A stretch of DNA of 64,000 nucleotides from Escherichia coli (lineage in GTDB: Bacteria > Pseudomonadota > Gammaproteobacteria > Enterobacterales > Enterobacteriaceae): NCBI RefSeq assembly GCF_003018115.1, contig NZ_CP027457.1; one strand, written 5' to 3'. Shown here in pieces: positions 46,701 to 57,730 of the stretch (positions within the stretch are counted from its first letter, which is position 1; each line of letters begins with the position of its first letter). The notes beneath the pieces were generated by a model, which saw only the letters and a list, made by a program, of their open reading frames with translations, made no database searches and was not told where the DNA came from. The position numbers and the translations under genes were made by a program.

Positions 46701-47652
46701 ACCATTCCTTATGTTTCAGAGGGTTAGCCATGGCACCCAAAATATCAGAAATCACGTTAACAATAATGACCAGTGAGCCACACACCATCACTCCGGCGGA
46801 AATGGCTGCGTAATCCTGCTGGCGGATGGCGTTAATTAACCAGCGCCCTAAACCCGGCCAGCTAAAAACCATTTCGGTGATCATCGCCAGCGTCAGCATG
46901 GTGGAAAACTGTAAGCCCAGGCGAGGAATAACCGGCGGTAACGCGTTATGCAGAACGTGGCGACGCAAAATAGTAAAGCGCGACAAACCGCGGGTCGCCG
47001 CCGCTTTTACATAGTTCTGGTCATACACTTCGATAGTGCTGATACGCATCAGGCGGATCACTTCAGTTGTTGGCGCAACCGACAGGGTGATCACGGGCAA
47101 TATCATATGGCGGATTGCGCTCATGATCATTTCATCCCGCCATGGTGAGTCCGAAAGCCAGGCATCAATCAACGCAAAACCGGTAATCGGTTTCACTTCG
47201 TAGAGCAGATCGAAACGCCCTGAAACGGGCAACCAACCTAGCGTGAGTGAACAAAACAGCGTCAACAGAAGCGCCAGCCAGAACACCGGGATTGAAAAGC
47301 CCAGTAAGGCGATGGCGTTGATCAAGTTATCCTGCCACTTATGGCGCGTAATCCCGGCAATCATCCCCACGGGGATGCCAACAATCAGCGCAAAACCGAA
47401 GGCGAGGATGCACAGTTCCATCGTCGCCGGGAAGACCTCTTTTAACTGTTCGGCAATTGGTTGACCGTTAATGCTGGAAACACCAAAATCCCAGTGGATC
47501 AGGCCATTAAACCAGAACACCCAGGCATTCCACAGTGACGCGCCTTGTAACGGCGCGTGTGGAGTGAAATAGCTCAAACTGAAGCCAACGAAGGTCAGCA
47601 GGAACAAGGTAACAATCAATAACAAAATGCGGCGTAAGGTGAAGATAATCAT
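46687..47652 (-). CDS. sapB: Peptide ABC transporter permease SapB
   Basis: 321 aa polytopic membrane protein. Confidence 0.9.
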
Positions 47653-49291
47653 GGCTTTTTCACCTCATCCTGTTTCTCGCGATACACCCCAGCAAAGGAG
47701 GCGTTACCAAACGGGCTAAGTACCAGACCTTTGATATCGTACCGATAGGCCTGCAAACGCAATGACGACGCCAGCGGCAAAATGGGCAATTCCTGCGCCA
47801 GAATACTCTGCGCTTCGTCATAGGCTTCAATACGCGCTGCCAGCTGCTGCGAGGAGAGCGCCTTACGCAACACGCTGTCGAATTTCGGATCGCACCAGTG
47901 GGCGAGGTTGGTCTGTGAATGAATTGCCGCGCAGCTCAGTAAAGGACGGAAGAAACTGTCCGGGTCGTTACTGTCCGTCGCCCAACCGGATAACGTCAGA
48001 TCATGGCTCATATCCATCAACCGCGCCTCCTGAAAGCGACCTTCTACCGGCACAATCACCACTTTTACGCCAACCTGCGCCATATCCGCCTGAATCAGTT
48101 CGGCAGTTTTCAGTGGACTGGGGTTCCACGCCTGCGAACGTGTGGGCACCCACAGTTTCAGCGTTAAATTTTCCAGCCCCAACGACTTCAACTGTTCGCG
48201 CGATTTCGCCGGATCGTATTCAGTAATTTTAGCCTCGTTGTCATAGGCCCACGAGGCGCGCGGTAAAATAGAGGCCGCCGTTTCAGCCGTACCATAATAG
48301 ATGGATTGCATCAGGCGCTGGTTATTAATCGCCAGTGCCAGCGCATGGCGGACAGCGGGATTATTTAGCGGCGGTTTGGCGGTGTTAAATGCCAGATAGG
48401 CGACGTTCATCCCGGGACGCAGCGTTAAACGCAAGCGCGGGTCGTCACGCAAAATGGATAGCTGGCTGGCAGCAGGCCAGGCCAGAACGTCGCATTCACC
48501 AGTCAGGAGTTTCGACAGACGTCCGGTGCCGCCGGAGCCTAAATCCACCACCACCTGCGGCATTAACGGTTTACCGCGCCAGAAGTCATCATGACGTTGT
48601 AGGCGAATAAATTGCCCGGCGCGGTATTCCGACAATTGATACGGACCGGTGCCGACCGGTTGACGGTCGAGTTGCTCCTGGCGATCTTCTTTCTCTAACT
48701 TCCGGGCATATTCTGCCGACATGACCGAAGCATAATGGGTTGCGAGGTGCCACAAAAAAGAAGCATCCGGCTGGGCGAGTCGGAACTCAACGGTATGATT
48801 ATCCAGTTTACGGACGCTTTTCACGTTATCGGCAAATTGCAGACTGTCGAAGTAGGGGAAGTTGCTGCCGTTGACGTTATGCCACGGGTTGTTGCGGTCA
48901 AAAATTCGCTGGAAGGTAAACACCACATCGTCGGCATTCATTTTACGAGTGGGAGTAAACCAGTCGGTTTTTTGAAACGGAACATCGCGACGCAGGTGGA
49001 AGCGATAGGTCGCGCCGTTGTCGAGTACTTCCCAGCTTTCGGCAAGTTCCGGCATCAGGCGATAGGTATAGGGATCGACATCCAGCAGTCGATCATAAAA
49101 CTGGGCGGCAAGGGTATCGACAATTAACCCACTGCTCGCTTTGGATGGGTTAAAGGTGTTGACTTGCCCGCTGACGCAATAGACAAAACCGCTGTCGCGG
49201 ATATCAGCATGCGGGGGGATTCAGGCGCGGCGATTGCCTGACCACTCACAAGTCCAGCAATCACCAAAAGAGACGATAATACCTGGCGCAT
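47649..49291 (-). pseudogene. sapA: sapA (periplasmic peptide-binding protein) with a -1 frameshift in a poly-C tract near the 5' end
   Basis: ATG at 49291 gives signal peptide MRQVLSSLLVIAGLVSGQAIAAPES, then the frame terminates shortly after; the SapA body (..DIRDSGFVYCVSGQVNTFNP.. to the stop at 47649) is in the -1 frame; the frames meet at C6 (plus G6, 49213-49218); start-to-stop span is 1643 nt, not a multiple of 3. Confidence 0.7.
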
Positions 49292-49538
49292 AATATTAAG
49301 GGATTATATGTAAAGAGGCTATCTTACTAATATTTAATGACATTTGCCATTACCGTTTGTGTTCAGGGGTCGTAATGAGGGCCGTGTGGTTGGTCGTTGA
49401 ACAGGTGGCGTCGCCATCTGTTCAACATTCGTACCCGTGATTTCTCTATAACTATAACTCACAGAACAACTTAGCGAGGAGCAGAGCGGTACGATCGTGA
49501 GAAACCCATTAAAGCACGCTGCAGTGCGTGTCATTGTT

Positions 49539-49570
49539 AGCCGGATGCGGCGTGAACGCTTTATCCGGAC
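49539..49570. repeat. REP (repetitive extragenic palindrome) element
   Basis: gccggatgcggcgtgaacgctttatccggac. Confidence 0.6.
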
Positions 49571-49603
49571 AACGATACTGACCGATCGTCTGCAATTAAA
49601 TAA

Positions 49604-49849
49604 TTACTCATTACCCCATTGATTCAAAAACTCTGCGATCTCATCAATGCGTACGGGATTAATCCCCGCTTCAGCAGCCATTTCATGTTGGGCTTCTTCG
49701 CTGATCTCTTCATTGTTCATCAAACGGGTGAGCAGTAACTGGAAGTAGTGGGCCAGCGGTGTGCGTTCAGCCTCTGCGACAGGCTCTGCGCATTCGGTCG
49801 CGTACTCATCGGCAATATCAAAATATTTTAGCGGGATATCGTGGTTCAT
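49604..49849 (-). CDS. ymjA: DUF2543 protein YmjA
   Basis: 81-aa acidic protein. Confidence 0.8.
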
Positions 49850-49933
49850 TATTTGCCCCTGGGGTTAATGCGCTAAGCATAAGGGCGGATGATAGCACTC
49901 GTGATCCGGGTCATACATCTTTTTATAGTTAAT

Positions 49934-49980
49934 GGCGCGGCGCGTTACCCTCAGGCAGGATAATGCGCCGCGCATCCGGC
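49934..49980. repeat. REP-like element
   Basis: gcgccgcgcatccggc core in the ymjA-puuP intergenic region. Confidence 0.4.
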
Positions 49981-49982
49981 TA

Positions 49983-51368
49983 TTACGTTTCGCTCACCGG
50001 CGTTCTGTCACCTTCGTACAGCGGCACTTTGCGATAGCGGCGGATCAGATACCACAAATATGCGCCGCCTAACGAAGCCCATACCAGACCGAGTGTCAGT
50101 GACGTTGACTCTAGGTTAACCCACAGCACACCCACCGTCAGCGCGCCAACCAGCGGCATCAGCAAATAGTGGAAGTGATCCTTCCAGCTTTTATTCATTC
50201 CTTTACGCCGCCAGAAATGATTAAACACCGACAGATTCACGAAGGTAAACGCCACCAGAGCACCGAAGTTAATCAGTGCTGTCGCGGTGACTAAATCAAA
50301 GAACAGCGCCGACAGCGCGACAATCCCGACCATAATGACGTTGAGTGCCGGAGTCCGCCATTTTGGGTGCACATAGCCAAACACGCGCTCCGGAAACACA
50401 TTGTCACGCCCCATCACATACAGCAGACGCGACACGCTGGCATGTGAAGCCAGGCCAGACGCTAACGTGTTCACAAACGTGGTGCAGAGGAAAATCGACT
50501 GGAAGAGCTTGCCGCCGACGTACAGTGCAATTTCAGGCAGTGCGGCGTCCGGGTCTTTAAAGCGGCTGATATCGGGAAAGAACAGCTGCATAAAGAACGA
50601 CGCCGCGATAAAGATAACGCCGCCGTATACCGCCGTCAGGAAGATGGCTTTCGGGATCACGCGTGCGGCGTCCGGCGTCTCTTCCGAAAGCGTGGTCACC
50701 GCATCGAAACCGAGGAACGAGAAACAGACAATCGTCGCACCGGTAATAATCGGGATCAGGTGCGCGTTCTCGCTGATAAACGGCTGAAGTGACCAGACGG
50801 TGCCAACGCCTTCTCCTTTATGCAGTCCCTGAACCACCAGGAAGATAAACACCACCATGATGGAGATTTGCACCAGTACAAACAGGGTATTGAAGTTAGC
50901 GACCAGGTTGACGCTCTTCAGATTCGCGGCGGTTAAAATGGCGACGAAGGTTACCACCCACACCCACGGCGGCACTTCCGGGAAGAGGGCGGAGAGATAG
51001 ATTTTCGCCAACAAAACGTTGATCATTGGCAAAAAGAGATAATCCAGCAGTGATGACCAGCCGACCATAAATCCGACGTGCGGATTAATCGACTTTTGCG
51101 CGTAGGTATAGGCCGAACCGGCCTCCGGAAACTGGCGAACCAGTTTGCCGTAGCTGATAGCGGTAAACAGCACGCCCGCCAGCGCCAGCAAATAGGACGC
51201 CGGAACGTGACCGTCGCTAATGCCGGAGACAATACCAAAAGTATCAAATACGGTCATCGGCGTGAGATAGGCCAGACCCATCATTACCACCTGCCACAAT
51301 TTCAGTGATTTTCGCAGACGGGTTTTGCCGGGTTGCGCAGCAATATTCAGTGGTGAATTAATAGCCAT
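49983..51368 (-). CDS. puuP: Putrescine importer
   Basis: 461 aa from [31 protein letters not shown]... Confidence 0.9.
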   Translation of the reverse strand: MAINSPLNIAAQPGKTRLRKSLKLWQVVMMGLAYLTPMTVFDTFGIVSGISDGHVPASYLLALAGVLFTAISYGKLVRQFPEAGSAYTYAQKSINPHVGFMVGWSSLLDYLFLPMINVLLAKIYLSALFPEVPPWVWVVTFVAILTAANLKSVNLVANFNTLFVLVQISIMVVFIFLVVQGLHKGEGVGTVWSLQPFISENAHLIPIITGATIVCFSFLGFDAVTTLSEETPDAARVIPKAIFLTAVYGGVIFIAASFFMQLFFPDISRFKDPDAALPEIALYVGGKLFQSIFLCTTFVNTLASGLASHASVSRLLYVMGRDNVFPERVFGYVHPKWRTPALNVIMVGIVALSALFFDLVTATALINFGALVAFTFVNLSVFNHFWRRKGMNKSWKDHFHYLLMPLVGALTVGVLWVNLESTSLTLGLVWASLGGAYLWYLIRRYRKVPLYEGDRTPVSET

Positions 51369-51670
51369 AATTGCTGCCTCCCCTGCGTAATAAGGTTTGC
51401 GGTCGTGTCGACCTGAAATCAAACCTGTTTAGCAAGGGAAGCAAAGGGGGCGGAGTCCAGTCAGTAGCAGGAGGGGCGCATACGCAGCCTCCCTCGCCAT
51501 GCGGGGATTTAATCATCGGCATCATCTCATTTCCTCGTCACAGTCTTAATCGTTAACGGAAGCCCGTTGCCGCCTGCGCTCCATAACGCGACATCCGGGA
51601 AATGTCTGGATTACCAGCAAATGTCAGGCCTGGCTCCGCTCAGGCCGATGAAACAACCCCGCAAGGGGAA

Positions 51671-53089
51671 TTACGCGTTTTTCAACATCCACTCAATTTC
51701 TGTTTCTGTGATGAGGCGCTCAAACTGCAACAGCTCATCATTTTTACAGGCGTGATACACATGGCAAAACCGTTCGCCTAAATAGCGGCGCAGGTGATCA
51801 TTCTCGATAAACTCACCCAGGGCATCGCTCTGGCGAATCGGGAAGGGTAAGCCTTCCTGTTCCAGCCCGTTGCCTTCGACTTCTTCCTGCAACGGCAGCT
51901 CGTTATCAAGGCCATGCAAAATACCGGCAAAAATCGCTGCCATCACCAGATATGGGTTGGCATCGGCACCCGCCACGCGATATTCCACGCGGTGATTATG
52001 ACGGTCGCCGCACGGAATACGCAGGGCGACGGTGCGGTTGTTATGGCCCCACGACGCCTGCGTCGGCACATACATTCCCGGCTGGAAGCGGCGATACGAG
52101 TTCACGTTTGGTGCCAGCAACGCCATTGATGACGGCATCAGGTCAATCATCCCGGCGAGCATCTTTTTCAGCAGCGGCGAATCTTCGCCTTCTGTGTCAG
52201 AAAGCACGTTCTCGCCACGATTATTTTGCATACTGATATGGATATGCATTCCGCTGCCCGCGTGCTCTTCATACGGCTTCGCCATAAAAGTGGCGTGCAT
52301 CTTATGCTTTTCTGCCATCAGACGCACCAGGCGTTTTAGTGCCAGCGCATCATCGCAGGCTTCCAGCACGTTATCGGTATGGTAAAGGTTGATTTCAAAC
52401 TGACCCGGCGAGGCTTCGGCGACCGCACCGTCGGCGGGAATTAACTGTAACTGCGCCAGTTCATCAATATCATTGAGCACGTCGGCGAAGTGGTTGAGGT
52501 TATCAACGGAGTAAACCTGGCTTTGTGTATTGCGGTCATCGGTGCCGGGCGCGCAGGGCGGTTGCAGATACCCTTCAGCGTCGCGCTGACGATCCAGTAA
52601 ATAGAACTCCAGCTCTACCGCTACAACCGGGAACAATCCGCGCTGGCGTAGCTGCTGCCACAGGCGGTTAAGAACGTTCCGCGGCTCAACGTCAAAGGGA
52701 GCGCCATCTTCATCGACCATGGTCAGGAGCATCTGACCGATAAACTCTGGATCGGCGGCAGAAGGGGTTAAGGAACCGAGAACAGGAACACAAGTACGAT
52801 CCGGCTCGCCCATTTCCTGACCCAGACCCGCTTCTTCTACTACGTTGCCCAGAATATCCATTGCAAACACCGAGGCCGGGAAATAACACCCTTTCTCCAA
52901 CTTCTTCAGGCTTGAAACAGGGATACGTTTTCCACGGAAGCAACCATTCAAATCAGTAAGTAAAACATCAACATATTGCGTATTCGGGTAGCGCTCCAGG
53001 TAGCGTTTCACTTCCTGCGTAAAGGCGCTACCCCGCCTCTCTTCTGACTGCTGAACAAAGTTCTCTACTTCAACGATATTGGTTTCCAT
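51671..53089 (-). CDS. puuA: Gamma-glutamylputrescine synthetase
   Basis: 472 aa from METNIVEVENFVQQSEERRG...; glutamine-synthetase fold. Confidence 0.9.
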   Translation of the reverse strand: METNIVEVENFVQQSEERRGSAFTQEVKRYLERYPNTQYVDVLLTDLNGCFRGKRIPVSSLKKLEKGCYFPASVFAMDILGNVVEEAGLGQEMGEPDRTCVPVLGSLTPSAADPEFIGQMLLTMVDEDGAPFDVEPRNVLNRLWQQLRQRGLFPVVAVELEFYLLDRQRDAEGYLQPPCAPGTDDRNTQSQVYSVDNLNHFADVLNDIDELAQLQLIPADGAVAEASPGQFEINLYHTDNVLEACDDALALKRLVRLMAEKHKMHATFMAKPYEEHAGSGMHIHISMQNNRGENVLSDTEGEDSPLLKKMLAGMIDLMPSSMALLAPNVNSYRRFQPGMYVPTQASWGHNNRTVALRIPCGDRHNHRVEYRVAGADANPYLVMAAIFAGILHGLDNELPLQEEVEGNGLEQEGLPFPIRQSDALGEFIENDHLRRYLGERFCHVYHACKNDELLQFERLITETEIEWMLKNA

Positions 53090-53300
53090 GATTCTTCGCC
53101 TTTGGTTTGTTTTCCGCTCGTTATCAAAGCGTAAAATATAATGACCACCATTCGAATCTGTATGCAAACTAAATGTTTGTCAAATGTTAAATTTAGTTTG
53201 CAAAAATGAAAACCCACTGCTAGATTGAAAAAATATTGAACATAAAGGTCATTTAAAGCGCAGTGATGGCGATAATTTAGTCCACTTTGTGAGATTGAGC

Positions 53301-54065
53301 ATGGAAAATATAATGAACAATCCGGTTATCGGTGTCGTAATGTGCAGGAACAGGCTTAAGGGTCATGCGACCCAGACTCTGCAAGAAAAGTACCTGAATG
53401 CCATCATCCACGCAGGCGGCTTGCCAATTGCGCTACCACATGCGCTGGCGGAACCGTCGTTACTTGAACAACTTTTGCCGAAACTCGATGGCATTTATCT
53501 TCCTGGTAGTCCCAGCAATGTGCAGCCGCACCTATATGGTGAAAACGGCGATGAGCCTGACGCCGATCCTGGGCGTGATCTTCTGAGCATGGCGATAATT
53601 AATGCCGCACTCGAAAGGCGCATCCCCATTTTCGCCATCTGCCGGGGTTTACAAGAACTGGTGGTGGCAACCGGTGGTTCGTTGCATCGCAAGCTGTGCG
53701 AACAGCCTGAATTGCTGGAACATCGGGAAGATCCCGAACTGCCGGTGGAACAGCAATATGCACCGTCGCATGAAGTTCAGGTTGAAGAGGGGGGATTACT
53801 GTCTGCGTTGTTACCTGAATGTAGCAACTTTTGGGTAAACTCTCTACATGGACAAGGGGCGAAGGTCGTTAGCCCACGGTTGCGTGTTGAAGCTCGCTCG
53901 CCGGATGGCTTAGTTGAGGCGGTTAGCGTCATCAATCATCCTTTTGCGCTGGGCGTACAGTGGCACCCGGAATGGAACAGTAGCGAGTACGCGCTTTCGC
54001 GTATATTGTTCGAGGGCTTTATCACCGCTTGTCAGCACCATATCGCTGAAAAACAGCGACTCTGA
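53301..54065 (+). CDS. puuD: Gamma-glutamyl-GABA hydrolase
   Basis: 254 aa from MENIMNNPVIGVVMCRN...; class-I glutamine amidotransferase-like. Confidence 0.9.
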   Translation: MENIMNNPVIGVVMCRNRLKGHATQTLQEKYLNAIIHAGGLPIALPHALAEPSLLEQLLPKLDGIYLPGSPSNVQPHLYGENGDEPDADPGRDLLSMAIINAALERRIPIFAICRGLQELVVATGGSLHRKLCEQPELLEHREDPELPVEQQYAPSHEVQVEEGGLLSALLPECSNFWVNSLHGQGAKVVSPRLRVEARSPDGLVEAVSVINHPFALGVQWHPEWNSSEYALSRILFEGFITACQHHIAEKQRL

Positions 54066-54091
54066 CCACTACAGTTTAAGGAAATGCAAAT

Positions 54092-54649
54092 ATGAGTGAT
54101 GAGGGACTGGCGCCAGGAAAACGCTTGTCGGAAATCCGCCAGCAGCAGGGGCTTTCACAACGTCGTGCCGCCGAACTCTCCGGGCTGACTCACAGTGCTA
54201 TCAGTACGATAGAACAAGATAAAGTCAGCCCTGCCATCAGTACGCTGCAAAAGCTGCTGAAGGTGTATGGTCTGTCACTCTCGGAATTCTTTTCCGAGCC
54301 GGAAAAACCTGATGAGCCGCAGGTCGTCATTAATCAGGACGACTTAATTGAGATGGGCAGTCAGGGTGTGTCAATGAAGCTGGTTCATAACGGTAACCCG
54401 AATCGCACGCTGGCGATGATCTTTGAAACGTACCAGCCGGGCACAACCACTGGGGAAAGAATTAAGCATCAGGGTGAGGAAATAGGCACAGTACTGGAAG
54501 GTGAAATTGTTCTGACGATTAATGGTCAGGATTACCACCTCGTCGCGGGGCAAAGTTATGCCATTAATACCGGCATCCCGCACAGTTTCAGTAATACGTC
54601 GGCAGGTATTTGCCGAATTATCAGCGCCCATACGCCCACCACGTTTTAA
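54092..54649 (+). CDS. puuR: HTH/cupin repressor of the puu genes
   Basis: 185 aa; XRE-type HTH at the N-terminus. Confidence 0.9.
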   Translation: MSDEGLAPGKRLSEIRQQQGLSQRRAAELSGLTHSAISTIEQDKVSPAISTLQKLLKVYGLSLSEFFSEPEKPDEPQVVINQDDLIEMGSQGVSMKLVHNGNPNRTLAMIFETYQPGTTTGERIKHQGEEIGTVLEGEIVLTINGQDYHLVAGQSYAINTGIPHSFSNTSAGICRIISAHTPTTF

Positions 54650-54661
54650 TCTTTTTGTTCT

Positions 54662-54835
54662 GTAAGCCGGGTAAGCGCAATGCGCCCGGCAATCTATACA
54701 CAAAATCATTCAAGTTGCATCAAGGCGGCAAGTGAGCGAATCCCGATGAGCTTACTCAGGTAAGTGATTCGGGGGAGCGAACGCAGCCAAGGCAGAGGCG
54801 GCTTGAAGGATGAAGTGTATATAAAGAATGTCGCC
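54662..54835. repeat. ERIC/IRU-like intergenic repeat
   Basis: gagcgaatcccgatgagcttactcaggtaagtgattcgggggagcgaacgcagcc with a central inverted repeat. Confidence 0.45.
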
Positions 54836-54923
54836 AGAAATAAACGGGCATACGGCCCGGGGATCTCTGCGCCCTGACGTTCACAAACTGCATATATCTG
54901 ATAGACGTGAAACAGGAGTCATA

Positions 54924-56411
54924 ATGAATTTTCATCATCTGGCTTACTGGCAGGATAAAGCGTTAAGTCTCGCCATTGAAAACCGCTTATTTATTAACGG
55001 TGAATATACTGCTGCGGCGGAAAATGAAACCTTTGAAACCGTTGATCCGGTCACCCAGGCACCGCTGGCGAAAATTGCCCGCGGCAAGAGCGTCGATATC
55101 GACCGTGCGGTGAGCGCAGCACGCGGCGTATTTGAACGCGGCGACTGGTCACTCTCTTCTCCGGCTAAACGTAAAGCGGTACTGAATAAACTCGCCGATT
55201 TAATGGAAGCCAACGCCGAAGAGCTGGCACTGCTGGAAACTCTCGACACCGGCAAACCGATTCGTCATAGTCTGCGTGATGATATTCCCGGCGCGGCGCG
55301 CGCCATTCGCTGGTACGCCGAAGCGATCGACAAAGTGTATGGCGAAGTGGCGACCACCAGTAGCCATGAGCTGGCGATGATCGTGCGTGAACCGGTCGGC
55401 GTAATTGCCGCCATCGTGCCGTGGAACTTCCCGCTGCTGCTGACTTGCTGGAAACTCGGCCCGGCGCTGGCGGCGGGAAACAGCGTGATTCTAAAACCGT
55501 CTGAAAAATCACCGCTCAGTGCGATTCGTCTCGCCGGGCTGGCGAAAGAAGCAGGTCTGCCGGATGGCGTACTGAACGTAGTAACGGGTTTTGGTCATGA
55601 AGCGGGGCAGGCGCTTTCGCGTCATAACGATATCGATGCCATCGCCTTTACCGGTTCAACCCGTACCGGGAAACAGCTGCTGAAAGATGCGGGCGACAGC
55701 AACATGAAACGCGTCTGGCTGGAAGCGGGCGGCAAAAGCGCCAACATCGTTTTCGCTGACTGTCCGGATTTGCAACAGGCGGCAAGCGCCACCGCAGCAG
55801 GCATCTTCTACAACCAGGGGCAGGTGTGCATCGCCGGAACGCGCCTGTTGCTGGAAGAGAGCATTGCCGATGAATTCTTAGCCCTGTTAAAACAGCAGGC
55901 GCAAAACTGGCAGCCGGGGCATCCGCTCGACCCCGCAACCACCATGGGCACCTTAATCGACTGCGCCCACGCCGACTCGGTCCATAGCTTTATTCAGGAG
56001 GGCGAAGGTAAAGGGCAACTGCTGCTGGATGGCCGCAACGCCGAACTGGCTGCGGCCATCGGCCCGACAATCTTTGTGGATGTAGACCCGAATGCGTCCT
56101 TAAGCCGCGAAGAGATTTTCGGTCCGGTGCTGGTGGTCACGCGTTTCACATCAGAAGAACAGGCGCTACAGCTTGCCAACGACAGCCAGTACGGCCTTGG
56201 CGCGGCGGTATGGACGCGCGACCTCTCCCGCGCGCACCGCATGAGCCGACGCCTGAAAGCCGGTTCCGTCTTCGTCAATAACTACAACGACGGCGATATG
56301 ACCGTGCCGTTTGGCGGCTATAAGCAGAGCGGCAACGGTCGCGACAAATCCCTGCATGCCCTTGAAAAATTCACCGAACTGAAAACCATCTGGATAAGCC
56401 TGGAGGCCTGA
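54924..56411 (+). CDS. puuC: Gamma-glutamyl-gamma-aminobutyraldehyde dehydrogenase
   Basis: 495 aa from MNFHHLAYWQDKALSL...; aldehyde dehydrogenase catalytic Cys context. Confidence 0.9.
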   Translation: MNFHHLAYWQDKALSLAIENRLFINGEYTAAAENETFETVDPVTQAPLAKIARGKSVDIDRAVSAARGVFERGDWSLSSPAKRKAVLNKLADLMEANAEELALLETLDTGKPIRHSLRDDIPGAARAIRWYAEAIDKVYGEVATTSSHELAMIVREPVGVIAAIVPWNFPLLLTCWKLGPALAAGNSVILKPSEKSPLSAIRLAGLAKEAGLPDGVLNVVTGFGHEAGQALSRHNDIDAIAFTGSTRTGKQLLKDAGDSNMKRVWLEAGGKSANIVFADCPDLQQAASATAAGIFYNQGQVCIAGTRLLLEESIADEFLALLKQQAQNWQPGHPLDPATTMGTLIDCAHADSVHSFIQEGEGKGQLLLDGRNAELAAAIGPTIFVDVDPNASLSREEIFGPVLVVTRFTSEEQALQLANDSQYGLGAAVWTRDLSRAHRMSRRLKAGSVFVNNYNDGDMTVPFGGYKQSGNGRDKSLHALEKFTELKTIWISLEA

Positions 56412-56412
56412 A

Positions 56413-57693
56413 ATGACCGAACATACCAGCAGTTATTACGCCGCCAGTGCGCATAAATACGCGCCATTCGACACGCTGAATGAGTCAATCACCTGCGACG
56501 TTTGCGTGGTCGGCGGCGGCTATACCGGGCTGTCTTCCGCGCTACATCTGGCGGAAGCGGGCTTTGACGTAGTGGTTCTCGAAGCCTCACGCATCGGCTT
56601 TGGCGCCAGCGGACGCAACGGCGGACAGCTTGTGAACTCCTACAGCCGCGACATTGACGTGATCGAAAAAAGCTACGGCATGGACACCGCCCGTATGCTC
56701 GGCAGCATGATGTTTGAGGGTGGTGAGATCATCCGCGAACGTATCAAACGTTATCAGATTGACTGCGATTACCGCCCCGGCGGTCTGTTTGTGGCGATGA
56801 ATGATAAACAGCTCGCCACACTTGAAGAGCAGAAAGAGAACTGGGAACGCTACGGCAATAAACAGCTGGAGATGCTGGACGCCAACGCCATTCGCCGCGA
56901 GGTCGCCAGCGATCGCTACACTGGTGCGCTGCTGGATCACAGCGGCGGGCATATTCACCCGCTGAACCTCGCCATTGGTGAAGCGGACGCTATCCGCCTG
57001 AACGGCGGGCGCGTGTATGAGCTTTCCGCAGTGACGCAGATCCAGCACACCACGCCCGCCGTAGTGCGTACAGCCACAGGTCAGGTGACGGCGAAGTATG
57101 TGATTGTCGCCGGGAATGCCTACCTGGGCGATAAAGTGGAGCCGGAGCTGGCGAAACGCAGCATGCCGTGCGGCACGCAGGTGATCACCACCGAGCGGCT
57201 GTCGGAAGATTTAGCCCGTTCCCTTATCCCGAAAAACTACTGTGTGGAAGACTGTAACTATCTGCTTGATTACTATCGTCTTACCGCCGATAACCGCCTG
57301 CTGTATGGCGGCGGCGTAGTGTACGGCGCGCGCGACCCGGATGACGTTGAGCGTCTTGTGGTGCCGAAACTGCTGAAAACCTTCCCGCAGTTGAAGGGCG
57401 TTAAAATCGACTATCGCTGGACGGGCAACTTCCTGCTGACCCTTTCACGGATGCCGCAGTTCGGTCGCCTCGATACCAACATCTATTACATGCAGGGCTA
57501 CAGCGGCCACGGTGTGACCTGTACCCATCTCGCCGGGCGTCTGATTGCTGAACTGCTGCGCGGCGACGCCGAGCGTTTCGACGCCTTCGCCAATCTGCCG
57601 CATTATCCGTTCCCCGGCGGGCGCACGCTGCGTGTGCCGTTTACCGCGATGGGCGCGGCGTATTACAGCCTGCGCGATCGTCTGGGCGTTTAA
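56413..57693 (+). CDS. puuB: Gamma-glutamylputrescine oxidase
   Basis: 426 aa; FAD-binding VVGGGYTG. Confidence 0.9.
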   Translation: MTEHTSSYYAASAHKYAPFDTLNESITCDVCVVGGGYTGLSSALHLAEAGFDVVVLEASRIGFGASGRNGGQLVNSYSRDIDVIEKSYGMDTARMLGSMMFEGGEIIRERIKRYQIDCDYRPGGLFVAMNDKQLATLEEQKENWERYGNKQLEMLDANAIRREVASDRYTGALLDHSGGHIHPLNLAIGEADAIRLNGGRVYELSAVTQIQHTTPAVVRTATGQVTAKYVIVAGNAYLGDKVEPELAKRSMPCGTQVITTERLSEDLARSLIPKNYCVEDCNYLLDYYRLTADNRLLYGGGVVYGARDPDDVERLVVPKLLKTFPQLKGVKIDYRWTGNFLLTLSRMPQFGRLDTNIYYMQGYSGHGVTCTHLAGRLIAELLRGDAERFDAFANLPHYPFPGGRTLRVPFTAMGAAYYSLRDRLGV

Positions 57694-57730
57694 TTTCCGA
57701 TTAACAGTGAAGAGTCAAAAGGTGTGAAAC

